This document shows, piece by piece, positions 41,703 to 49,403 of a DNA stretch of 64,000 nucleotides. The stretch is taken from assembly GCA_965218585.1 (NCBI GenBank), contig CBDCLE010000025.1, forward strand, positions 96,001 through 160,000, in the 5' to 3' direction. A program made the position numbers and the translations under genes. Positions within the stretch are counted from its first letter, which is position 1. Each line of letters starts with the position of its first letter. A model generated the notes under the pieces. The model saw only the letters and a list, made by a program, of their open reading frames with translations, did not search any database and was not told the DNA's origin. Source of the stretch: Terriglobia bacterium (GTDB lineage: Bacteria; Acidobacteriota; Terriglobia; 20CM-2-55-15).

Positions 41703-42626
41703 ATGCAAGGGATTCGTCGGTTTCTGCGAGAAACGGAATGGAGTATCAGCTTGGCCGATTACGCCAGGTCTGCTGTTGGGGGCAGCGTCATGGCTGCACT
41801 GATATCTTGGCTTCGAGAGCTTTCACTGTTTTGGGGCACTGTAGTTACGATAGGCGCAGGGGTAGTGACTGGGCTAGTGATTTTTTCGTTTTCGCTGTGG
41901 AGGCAGTACAGGGGATGGAAGCTGGATCGCCCAGAGGATGTCATGGTAAAGGAAGTTCCGGAATCTAGGGAGTACAGCGAATTCAAAAAGCAGAAGGATG
42001 AACTTGAAAAACGTCTAAGCACCGTCTCTTCCGAATATGATAGCTATAAGAAAGACACTGAGGATCGGAAGAAGAAAGAACTGGATGGGTTGAATACTCT
42101 TCTTGCGACCGTAGAAGAAAGAGCAAGGCTTCTTGAGGATCAATGCGACGGATACAAGCAACTGGCCGACGAAAATAAGCAGCTATCCGAAGACAGGGAG
42201 AAGGAGCTATCCGGTCTTCGTGGCGCATATGAGGCCCTGAGGGAGAGATACGGAAAGGCTATTCTGTGGGTAAGCGGAAGGACGTTTGAGTCCCGTAACC
42301 TATCTGTGGCGGTTCAGCACGTCAACATTGATGACGTTGAGCTTGCAAAGATAATACGGGGGCTTCTCGCATCACAATTACAGGTTGGCTCGATGGCCAA
42401 TGAAAATTACGAAGTCAAGCACATTCTTCTCCCATTTAGCAACCCGAGCAGCGATGCCAGAATTGTGATCTTCTCTGATGATGAAGTTGGCGGTAGCGTC
42501 AAAGATGCGTTCAACGGATACAACTTAATAGACGAGAAAGTAGCACGGTTTGATCGGAGTTTCGCGGATGGAAATGTCCCTAACGTAGATATCGCTGTCA
42601 TTGTGTTCCCGGAACGAACCAAGTGA
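41703..42626 (+). CDS. IS passenger protein: N-terminal TM helices, coiled coil, unknown C-terminal domain
   Basis: Hydrophobic segment FWGTVVTIGAGVVTGLVIFSFSLW, then a K/E-rich heptad region; lies inside the IRs. Confidence 0.8.
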   Translation: MQGIRRFLRETEWSISLADYARSAVGGSVMAALISWLRELSLFWGTVVTIGAGVVTGLVIFSFSLWRQYRGWKLDRPEDVMVKEVPESREYSEFKKQKDELEKRLSTVSSEYDSYKKDTEDRKKKELDGLNTLLATVEERARLLEDQCDGYKQLADENKQLSEDREKELSGLRGAYEALRERYGKAILWVSGRTFESRNLSVAVQHVNIDDVELAKIIRGLLASQLQVGSMANENYEVKHILLPFSNPSSDARIVIFSDDEVGGSVKDAFNGYNLIDEKVARFDRSFADGNVPNVDIAVIVFPERTK

Positions 42627-42640
42627 TGGATGCCCCAATG

Positions 42641-43534
42641 TTACGCGACCAATTCTTTGTAGGTGAGGCTGTCGGTGTTGACGATGCGCTTGAGGGTGTC
42701 CCTGAAAATGTGGCGGTTGTCGCGGTTGTTGAACCTCCACTCCAGTTCTTCGAGGTAACGGTCAAGATGCTTCGCACTGATCTTGTGAAACGATCCGACG
42801 ATGGATCGCTTGAAAAGCGACCATACGCCCTCGATCCCGTTGGTATGAACGGCGCCGACAACCCACTCCTCTGCGGAGTGGTTGACCGTCTCATGGCGCG
42901 TGTCGTGATCCGCGATCCCCAAGTAAGACTTCAGTTCGTCGGTGTAGATCGCTTCGGCCTCGTCCTTTACCGTGCGGCTGATGAAGTCGTGCAGAGTGTG
43001 ACGCCGCACGTCAGGAATGCGCTCAAGCCGAACCTTGCCCCCGCGCTGGATCGCGCCAGCAACCCAAGTTTTGTTTTTGCGGGAACCACGGCCTACACCC
43101 TTCGCCTTGCCGCCCACAAGGGTTTCGTCCACTTCCACGATCCCGAACAGTGTGGGGCCGTCAAAGCTGTCGTTCCCCATTGCTTCCCTGATGCGGTGAC
43201 AGAGATACCATGCCGTGCGGTAGGCCACGCCCAGCGTCCGACTAAGCTGGTTCGCCGACATGCCTTTCTTCGATTCGCACATGAGGTAGATTGCGAAAAA
43301 CCATTTACGGATCGGCAGGTGGGAGTCGTGCATGATCGTTCCCGAAGTCACCGTGAACTGATGCTTGCAGGATCGGCACTTGAACTTATGCTTCACAGGA
43401 AGCTCGAACACGTTCATATCGCCGCAGCGCACACATGCAACTCCTCTCGGCCACCGCAAACCCTCAAGAGCGCGAAGGCACTGTTCGTCGGAGCTGAATT
43501 TGTCCACTAGGGAGAATAGGTTGATGTCAGTCAT
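42641..43534 (-). CDS. IS1595-family transposase
   Basis: Zn ribbon CVRC...CRSC, VEVDETLVGG, IYTDE, VNHS, HTNGIEGVWS and YLEELEWRFN. Confidence 0.96.
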   Translation of the reverse strand: MTDINLFSLVDKFSSDEQCLRALEGLRWPRGVACVRCGDMNVFELPVKHKFKCRSCKHQFTVTSGTIMHDSHLPIRKWFFAIYLMCESKKGMSANQLSRTLGVAYRTAWYLCHRIREAMGNDSFDGPTLFGIVEVDETLVGGKAKGVGRGSRKNKTWVAGAIQRGGKVRLERIPDVRRHTLHDFISRTVKDEAEAIYTDELKSYLGIADHDTRHETVNHSAEEWVVGAVHTNGIEGVWSLFKRSIVGSFHKISAKHLDRYLEELEWRFNNRDNRHIFRDTLKRIVNTDSLTYKELVA

Positions 43535-43685
43535 TGGAAAACCTCAAAAGAAGAAGCGGAAACCATCGCCGCGAAAACGACCGCCAAAGATGCTCGAACT
43601 GGATGACCACGCGCTCATGGAAAAAATCTTCGGCAAGAGGGTGATGCAGAAGGTCGACGAAATAGTAGAGAGCCGAACTAAATGA
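43524..43685 (+). CDS. Small basic IS-encoded protein (53 aa), divergent from the transposase
   Basis: GGAGA then ATG 43524: MSVIGKPQKKKRKPSPRKRPPKMLELDDHALMEKIFGKRVMQKVDEIVESRTK. Confidence 0.5.
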   Translation: MSVIGKPQKKKRKPSPRKRPPKMLELDDHALMEKIFGKRVMQKVDEIVESRTK

Positions 43686-43756
43686 CTGTAACCATGCGTC
43701 TTTCCAACCATGAAAAGAAGTTTAGCATGGCTGATACTGGTTCGTCAAGTGTATAA

Positions 43757-44296
43757 TCACCGTTTCTCCAGACAGCGGGCTCGTGTCGGGCCGATACTTG
43801 CGACGGGCATCTTGAGCTTCTCGCTGATTTCAGCATAGCCAGGTTCTGTCTGGTCCAGATAGAGAAGTTCCAGCAACTTCCGGCAGCGTTCCGCCATCTC
43901 ACCTATCGCCTCTCGGGCTTTCTGCTCCCTGTCTGAACGTATCCTCGTCTCCTCACTCGTCTCAGTGGGGTCGGGGGTTTCCTCCATACCTTCTTCGTCG
44001 GACAGATCCCGGTGCTTCATCGACCGGATGTGAATGCAGTGACGGGTCGTCGTTGTAATCAGCCAGGAGCTGACCTTCGATTCATCCTTCAGATCCTGAA
44101 GATGCTCGATCAGCTTGACACAAACCGTTTGAAAAACGTCGTTACAATCTGAAGGAGGAAAACCGAACTTGTTTGGAATAGAAAATATCAGACGACGATA
44201 TCGGGTAATGAGCGTTTCCCACGCCATCGACTCGCCCTCCAGACACCGCCGGACGAGCTCAGGGTCGGTCAGGTTCTTGTAGGCATCGGGCTTCAT
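43757..44296 (-). pseudogene. ECF sigma factor interrupted 11 codons before its stop by the IS1595 element
   Basis: DPELVRRCLEG..AWETLITRY, DVFQTV, SWLITT, region 4 YAEISEKLKMPVASIGPTRARCLEK; stop supplied by the IR (CGG TGA). Confidence 0.9.
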
Positions 44297-44544
44297 TTCT
44301 GAATCTTCCTGGCCTTCCAAAAGTTATGAAGCCCAAAACCCAGCATGGAAACTGTGAAGATGACGGCTAGGCCAACGCGCCAGACACCACTGTCAGAATC
44401 CGCTGCCCAACGCTGGTACTCTTGAACGACGCTCGTACCCCCAATGATGGCCAGGGCGAGGAAGAACCCGCCGACTACTTCAAGCGCCAGCGTGTGCGCT
44501 ACCCGAAATGCATCCTTGAAAGCGGTTCTGAATCTACCGGCCAT
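44293..44544 (-). CDS. Small two-TM membrane protein, translationally coupled to the ECF sigma
   Basis: Two hydrophobic segments; its TGA overlaps the sigma ATG (ATGA). Confidence 0.7.
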   Translation of the reverse strand: MAGRFRTAFKDAFRVAHTLALEVVGGFFLALAIIGGTSVVQEYQRWAADSDSGVWRVGLAVIFTVSMLGFGLHNFWKARKIQK

Positions 44545-44683
44545 AAGAGTGGATTTCCTACCCTATCACCTCCATCGCGGCGCTGCGACGGTCACCCATG
44601 TGAATATCGGATGGCACTGGGACCTAATTCTACACGGTCGGAAAATCTGAGCTTAACCACTCGACGACAACCTCAAGAAGCTG

Positions 44684-44950
44684 ATGAAGGATTTGGGCGA
44701 GGCGATCAACGACGCCCTATCCGATTCCACGGGAATCAGCGAAGCGATCCAAAATGTCCGGGACTCCGGATACGATGTATATCTGGTTCTGGAAGCCACC
44801 ATCGGATTCAACCGGCAGGCAAAGGAAGGCGACGCGGAAGACGAAGAAGAGGGCGTCATGCGAAGTGAGATTCAACTCCAGGTTAACGCTCAGGATATGA
44901 AGTTTCTCAAGTCCCTGAAAATCAAGGTTGATGACCTGGATAGTCCATAA
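44684..44950 (+). CDS. Small acidic hypothetical protein
   Basis: LGEAINDALSDS...GYDVYLVLEATIGF...DMKFLKSLKI; true start may lie slightly upstream. Confidence 0.7.
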   Translation: MKDLGEAINDALSDSTGISEAIQNVRDSGYDVYLVLEATIGFNRQAKEGDAEDEEEGVMRSEIQLQVNAQDMKFLKSLKIKVDDLDSP

Positions 44951-45941
44951 CCTCCATCTGACCCATCATTTCCAGCACTTCATCGACCTGAACATCCTCT
45001 ACTGAGTCCTTCTTGATGTATCGGTCCTTGCTGCCCCGGGGCCTGTAGTGCTCAGGCAGACTGCTACTGAAAATCCCCAGAGTCGGGACGCCTAACGCGG
45101 AACCCATATGCATAGGACCCGAATCGTTACTGAGGAGAAGGTCGGCTTGGACAATTACCGCAGCCATCTCCTGAATACCGAGACCGATCAGAATCTCGGC
45201 CCGGGCTCCGCTCCCGGCACCTACCTGCCGGGCGATCGAGCGCTCTGCATCCGAAAAGCCCGACAGAATAAGGACCGTAGCATCCCATTTGGCCACGACG
45301 CGTGAAACCAGAGCAGCAAATCTGGAGGCGGGCCAGCGGCGTTGGGAAACGGACGCACCCACATAGACGACAACGACCGGTCGGCCATCGTTCTGGCTCT
45401 GGATCGGCACGCGGACGTCAGGATTCACCTCAATTACGGGAGATTCAACAACCGAATCCGGACCGACGCCGGGGACATGTTCGACGACTTTCTGAAACAT
45501 GTCCGCTACATGGAGATTCTTGTCTTCCAGAGCGGGTGTCAGATTGAAACAGAAGGGAAAGTATGCACGGTCTGCCCGTTTCATGCCCAACCGGTAACGT
45601 GCCCCCGATAGCCTCGTCAGCAGGTTCGTCTCCCGAAAACTGTGGAAGTCCACAACGAGGTCAAATTGGCGGGACCTCAAGTCACCAATGAGTCGCCAGA
45701 TGTCCCGAATGGCCTCGAGCGGAGGACCATCTCGCATCCGAAGCCGGTCTACAGAGATCACTTCGTCTATGTAAGGACAGAGTTCGGCAACCGGGGCCGC
45801 GCGGCTTCCAGTAGCCAGCGTCAATCGGGCTCCGTTAAAACTACCCTTCAAACGCGCAAGAGCGGAAAGAAGAAGGACAACGTCGCCAATCCGGGCGAAA
45901 CGGATAGCCAGGATGTTGGAGATCCCGGAAAGAGGCGTCAC
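44922..45941 (-). CDS. Glycosyltransferase family 9 (LPS heptosyltransferase-like)
   Basis: IRFARIGDVV, RRWP and SNDSGPMH..ALGVPT; GTG start overlaps the upstream TGA. Confidence 0.9.
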   Translation of the reverse strand: MTPLSGISNILAIRFARIGDVVLLLSALARLKGSFNGARLTLATGSRAAPVAELCPYIDEVISVDRLRMRDGPPLEAIRDIWRLIGDLRSRQFDLVVDFHSFRETNLLTRLSGARYRLGMKRADRAYFPFCFNLTPALEDKNLHVADMFQKVVEHVPGVGPDSVVESPVIEVNPDVRVPIQSQNDGRPVVVVYVGASVSQRRWPASRFAALVSRVVAKWDATVLILSGFSDAERSIARQVGAGSGARAEILIGLGIQEMAAVIVQADLLLSNDSGPMHMGSALGVPTLGIFSSSLPEHYRPRGSKDRYIKKDSVEDVQVDEVLEMMGQMEVMDYPGHQP

Positions 45942-46567
45942 GGAACGATGATCTGGCGTGGTTCTTCCTTCGGCGGTTCGGGCGCCACCGAGGCCAGCCA
46001 ATCGAGATATTGTCGGCTTCTCGGGCGACCGCTCGAGCGCGACTCGGCGGTCACCAGCAGAAAATCGATCAATTCAGGAACGTCCGAAACCCGCAGGGCG
46101 TCATGGGTGGGCCCCTGAGGCTGCATCAAGGCTTCCAGGATAGACTTGATCCGCCGATAAAGGCCCGTCGCCACAGTGTTCCCTTCCGGAAGCGTCTCAT
46201 AGTGAATCCCTGTCGCGAGGGTTTTCATCGTGGCTTTAAGGGCTTCGAGCGCTTCGCTCACATCCTTGTCGACCATGCCGGGGGCCCGGACCCGCTCCTC
46301 CAGAATCGACTGGGCAACGCCGTTGACTGCCGCAGCATTCCGATAAAGAAACTGCTGGTTGAACTTCGCCGTGTGATGGTGAGCGTGGTGGTGGTGATGC
46401 CGGTCCGACTCGAAGGAACGCCCCTTCTTGAGGTGGACGCAATCGCCCGGACAGTCGATTTCGACCTCACGCTTGGTCCCGCAGCAGATCGGGCAGATCT
46501 TTACCGCCTTTGCAGGACAATGGCGCTTGGCGGTTCGCTGTGAGCAGAGAGGGCACTTCGTCGCCAT
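45938..46567 (-). CDS. Cys-rich zinc-binding hypothetical protein with a poly-His tract
   Basis: CPLC...CPA...ICPICCG...CPGDC and HHHHHAHHH. Confidence 0.8.
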   Translation of the reverse strand: MATKCPLCSQRTAKRHCPAKAVKICPICCGTKREVEIDCPGDCVHLKKGRSFESDRHHHHHAHHHTAKFNQQFLYRNAAAVNGVAQSILEERVRAPGMVDKDVSEALEALKATMKTLATGIHYETLPEGNTVATGLYRRIKSILEALMQPQGPTHDALRVSDVPELIDFLLVTAESRSSGRPRSRQYLDWLASVAPEPPKEEPRQIIVP

Positions 46568-46644
46568 GACTGGGGCGAAGTATAGCACCTTGCCCCGAGC
46601 TCATGGATTGCTCCAATTCCAGTCTGTCTCGGCGAGCTGCGCAT

Positions 46645-46674
46645 TTGACTTTCCCTACGCCCGAACGCGATAAT
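46645..46674 (+). promoter_or_regulatory. Sigma70 promoter of rpsU
   Basis: TTGACT-N18-GATAAT. Confidence 0.45.
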
Positions 46675-46714
46675 CGTGGACTATGTCTTTGAAGAGATTG
46701 GGGGTGTGTAGCGC

Positions 46715-46918
46715 GTGGCTGAAGTGAGAATACAGGAGGGCGAATCGATTGAGAATGCTCTCCGCCGCTTCAAGCGAAAGGTTCAGCAAGAGGACATCAT
46801 AAAACAGGTCAAGAAGCATTCCTTCTACCTGAAACCGGGCGAAAAGAAGAGAATCAAACAGGCTCTTGCGCGAAAGCGGAGCCGTAAGAAAATACGACGG
46901 CGCCCCGAACGCGAATAG
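46715..46918 (+). CDS. rpsU: 30S ribosomal protein S21
   Basis: EGESIENALRRFKRKV...FYLKPG. Confidence 0.96.
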   Translation: MAEVRIQEGESIENALRRFKRKVQQEDIIKQVKKHSFYLKPGEKKRIKQALARKRSRKKIRRRPERE

Positions 46919-46943
46919 CTTCTTGTAAAAACTTAAAAACAAC

Positions 46944-46968
46944 AGGCCCTCGGGATATCCGGGGGCCT
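46944..46968. terminator. Probable bidirectional terminator between rpsU and the pta-like gene
   Basis: AGGCCCTCGG-gatat-CCGGGGGCCT with A-rich left and T-rich right flanks. Confidence 0.6.
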
Positions 46969-46983
46969 ATTATCTTTCCGGCG

Positions 46984-47946
46984 CTAAGCCAGGACAGTGA
47001 CAGCGCTGACGTCGATTACGTCTTCAACGGTGCATCCCGCGCCTAACTCATTAGCTGGCGTATCCAGGCCCTGAAGAAGTGGCCCAATGACCCGCGACCC
47101 CTTGAATGCTTTCTCGAGATTATATTGAAGGTTGCCTGGTTGGGAATCGGCAAACACATACGTGTTCGACCGGCCATCAGCGAGAACCCGACCGTGCAAC
47201 TGACGATCCACAGCCAGATGGCTATCCCGGGCCTTGAGCGTGGCAACAGCCTCCTCCACTCGGCCCTCAAGGGTATCGCCCGCACTCTCGAATCTGTTCG
47301 GCCGTTCCAGTGACGCAACCACCGATGGCGCTATGAAGCCCACTCGGGGATGGAACCCGAACAACCTGTGTCCGCATCGGGACGCTTCAAGCGCGATTTC
47401 GGCTAGTTCATGTCCAGCGGGCGTCGCCATATTCAACCCGTCTGCAAACAAAAGCGCCTCGCTCTGCCCTCCCGGCGGTCGTATGACCAGAAAACAACGG
47501 CATGCCGACGACATCCCACTCACATTTAGCGCGAGTGTTCGGCCTAGCCCCTGGCCTTCCCTTCCCGATCCCGGACCGGCTATGAAACCGTCCGCATCGC
47601 CGGCACGAACCATCGCGGCCGCATATTCGATCGGGTCGCCAAGCTTTTCTTCCAACTCCAGGGCCCGAAGGCCCTGAGCACGCAAATCCTCCAGGAGGAT
47701 TTCTACATACTTACCTGTAGCGGCTGGGTCCGGCTCCAGGACCTCGATATCCCCTCGCCGAATCCCCTGGCTTCGAAGCTCCCCTTCAATCCGCGCCCTG
47801 TCCCCGAGGAGGATTGGATGGGCGATCTCCAGCTGCGCGATGGTGCTCGCGGCCTCGAGGACCCTGACATCAGCGGGATTCGGATAGACGATCCGCCTGG
47901 AAAGGGATCGGGCGCGCTTGTGAATCTCATCGATTGCTGGAAACAT
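46984..47946 (-). CDS. Phosphate acetyl/butyryltransferase-fold protein with degenerate active-site motifs
   Basis: RRIVYP, AAAMVRAGDADG, LLFAD, LAEIA and IGPLLQGL; NDLSRG is replaced by NELGAG. Confidence 0.8.
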   Translation of the reverse strand: MFPAIDEIHKRARSLSRRIVYPNPADVRVLEAASTIAQLEIAHPILLGDRARIEGELRSQGIRRGDIEVLEPDPAATGKYVEILLEDLRAQGLRALELEEKLGDPIEYAAAMVRAGDADGFIAGPGSGREGQGLGRTLALNVSGMSSACRCFLVIRPPGGQSEALLFADGLNMATPAGHELAEIALEASRCGHRLFGFHPRVGFIAPSVVASLERPNRFESAGDTLEGRVEEAVATLKARDSHLAVDRQLHGRVLADGRSNTYVFADSQPGNLQYNLEKAFKGSRVIGPLLQGLDTPANELGAGCTVEDVIDVSAVTVLA

Positions 47947-47987
47947 AGAAGCAGGATATCAGGATCGGCGGTTCAGAGGAGGGACGC

Positions 47988-49403
47988 TTAGACTGTCGAC
48001 TTTTCTCTTTTTTTCTTACTCTTGATTCCGTGCCGCTTGATCTTCTGGTTCAGCGTTGACAGCGGTACATTGAAGGTCGCAGCGGCCTTGGTCTGACTCC
48101 AACCGGTACGCTCCAGCCGATCGAGAATGGTTCTCTTCTCGAAAGCATCGACGATATCGAAGAGCGAGCTGTCCTCGTCCAGCCCCAGTGAAGCAACGGT
48201 GGAGAATCGCGATGGTGGCCGGGTGACAGACTGGGGTAGCAGATCCTGGCCAATGACATCGGCATAGGCCAACACGACAGCTCGTTCGACAACGTTTTCG
48301 AGTTCCCGTACGTTCCCTGGCCATGAGTAGTCCATCAGCACCTTCAGGGCTTCAGCGCTGAATCGATAGGTTGGCTTGTCATTCTCCTGGCAGTACTTCC
48401 TGATGAAAAAATCAATCAGCGACGGTATGTCGTCGCGGCGGTCTCTCAAGGGTGGAACGTCGAGTGCAATGACGTTCAACCGATAGAAAAGGTCTTCCCT
48501 GAACTCTCCAGCATCGACCAGCGACTGGAGATCGGTGTTGGTCGCCGCAATGATTCGAACATCCACTTTGATGGTTTCAGTTCCACCCAGTCGCATGAAT
48601 TCTCTTTCCTGAATTACCCGGAGCAATTTGGCCTGTGTCTCCGGTCCGATCGTACCGATCTCATCCAGGAAGATCGTTCCCTGATCAGCAATCTCAAACA
48701 GTCCTTTCTTTGCGGCGATAGCACTCGTGAACGCTCCTTTCAGGTGACCGAACAGAGTACTCTCAAGCAAATCCACTGGCATGCTCCCGCTGTTGACCGG
48801 GACAAACGGTTTTTCTGAACGGGCACTCCTGAGGTGAATGGCCTTGGCAACCAGCTCCTTTCCTGTCCCACTCTCCCCTTGTATTAATACGGTGCTCCGG
48901 CTCCCCGCCACCTGAGTCACGAGATCTAGAAGCTCGAGCATGCCCTCGCTCTTCCCAACAATATTGCTGTAACCGAATCGTTCCTTAAGAGCACGCCTGA
49001 GTTGCAGGTTCTCGCTATGGAGCTTTCGCTGCTTGATGGCATTGTTAACACTCACCATCAACTTCTCATTGTCCCAGGGCTTGGTCACGTAATCGTAGGC
49101 TCCCGAACGGATCGCCTCGACAGCAGTTTCCACGACAGCCATTGCAGTGATGATGATGACCGGAAGAGTGGGATCAATGTTCTTGAGTTCCTTTTGCACA
49201 TCCAGGCCTGAACGGCCCGGCAGCATAAGGTCCAGCAGAACCAGATCGTAGGATTCCGTCTCGATTTGTTTTAGGCAGGTTTCGGCGTCGGCAACCGCAT
49301 CGACAACCAATCCCTCGGAACTCATCAGGAGTTCGAGGCTGTCACGGATCTCCTCCTCGTCGTCCACCACCAGGATGCGGGGTTTGGCGCCTGTCTTAGA
49401 CAT
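47988..49403 (-). CDS. Sigma54-dependent response regulator (NtrC/AtoC family)
   Basis: REC (LVVDDE, LLDLMLP), GESGTGKE, GAFTSA, IFLDEI, FREDLFYRL, WPGNVREL and C-terminal HTH. Confidence 0.95.
   Translation of the reverse strand: MSKTGAKPRILVVDDEEEIRDSLELLMSSEGLVVDAVADAETCLKQIETESYDLVLLDLMLPGRSGLDVQKELKNIDPTLPVIIITAMAVVETAVEAIRSGAYDYVTKPWDNEKLMVSVNNAIKQRKLHSENLQLRRALKERFGYSNIVGKSEGMLELLDLVTQVAGSRSTVLIQGESGTGKELVAKAIHLRSARSEKPFVPVNSGSMPVDLLESTLFGHLKGAFTSAIAAKKGLFEIADQGTIFLDEIGTIGPETQAKLLRVIQEREFMRLGGTETIKVDVRIIAATNTDLQSLVDAGEFREDLFYRLNVIALDVPPLRDRRDDIPSLIDFFIRKYCQENDKPTYRFSAEALKVLMDYSWPGNVRELENVVERAVVLAYADVIGQDLLPQSVTRPPSRFSTVASLGLDEDSSLFDIVDAFEKRTILDRLERTGWSQTKAAATFNVPLSTLNQKIKRHGIKSKKKREKSTV

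Larger units (their letters stand above)
41652..43761 (-). mobile_element. IS1595-family insertion sequence with passenger genes (2110 bp)
   Basis: Perfect 23-bp IRs GGTGATTATACACTTGACGAACC (41652-41674, 43739-43761); 8-bp TSD GTTTCTCC (41644-41651, 43762-43769). Confidence 0.96.

Noticed and set aside
42623-43510. 295-aa plus-strand ORF
   Set aside because: Lies antisense over the IS1595 transposase and has no recognisable motif.
46655-46942. 95-aa minus-strand ORF
   Set aside because: Antisense to rpsU.
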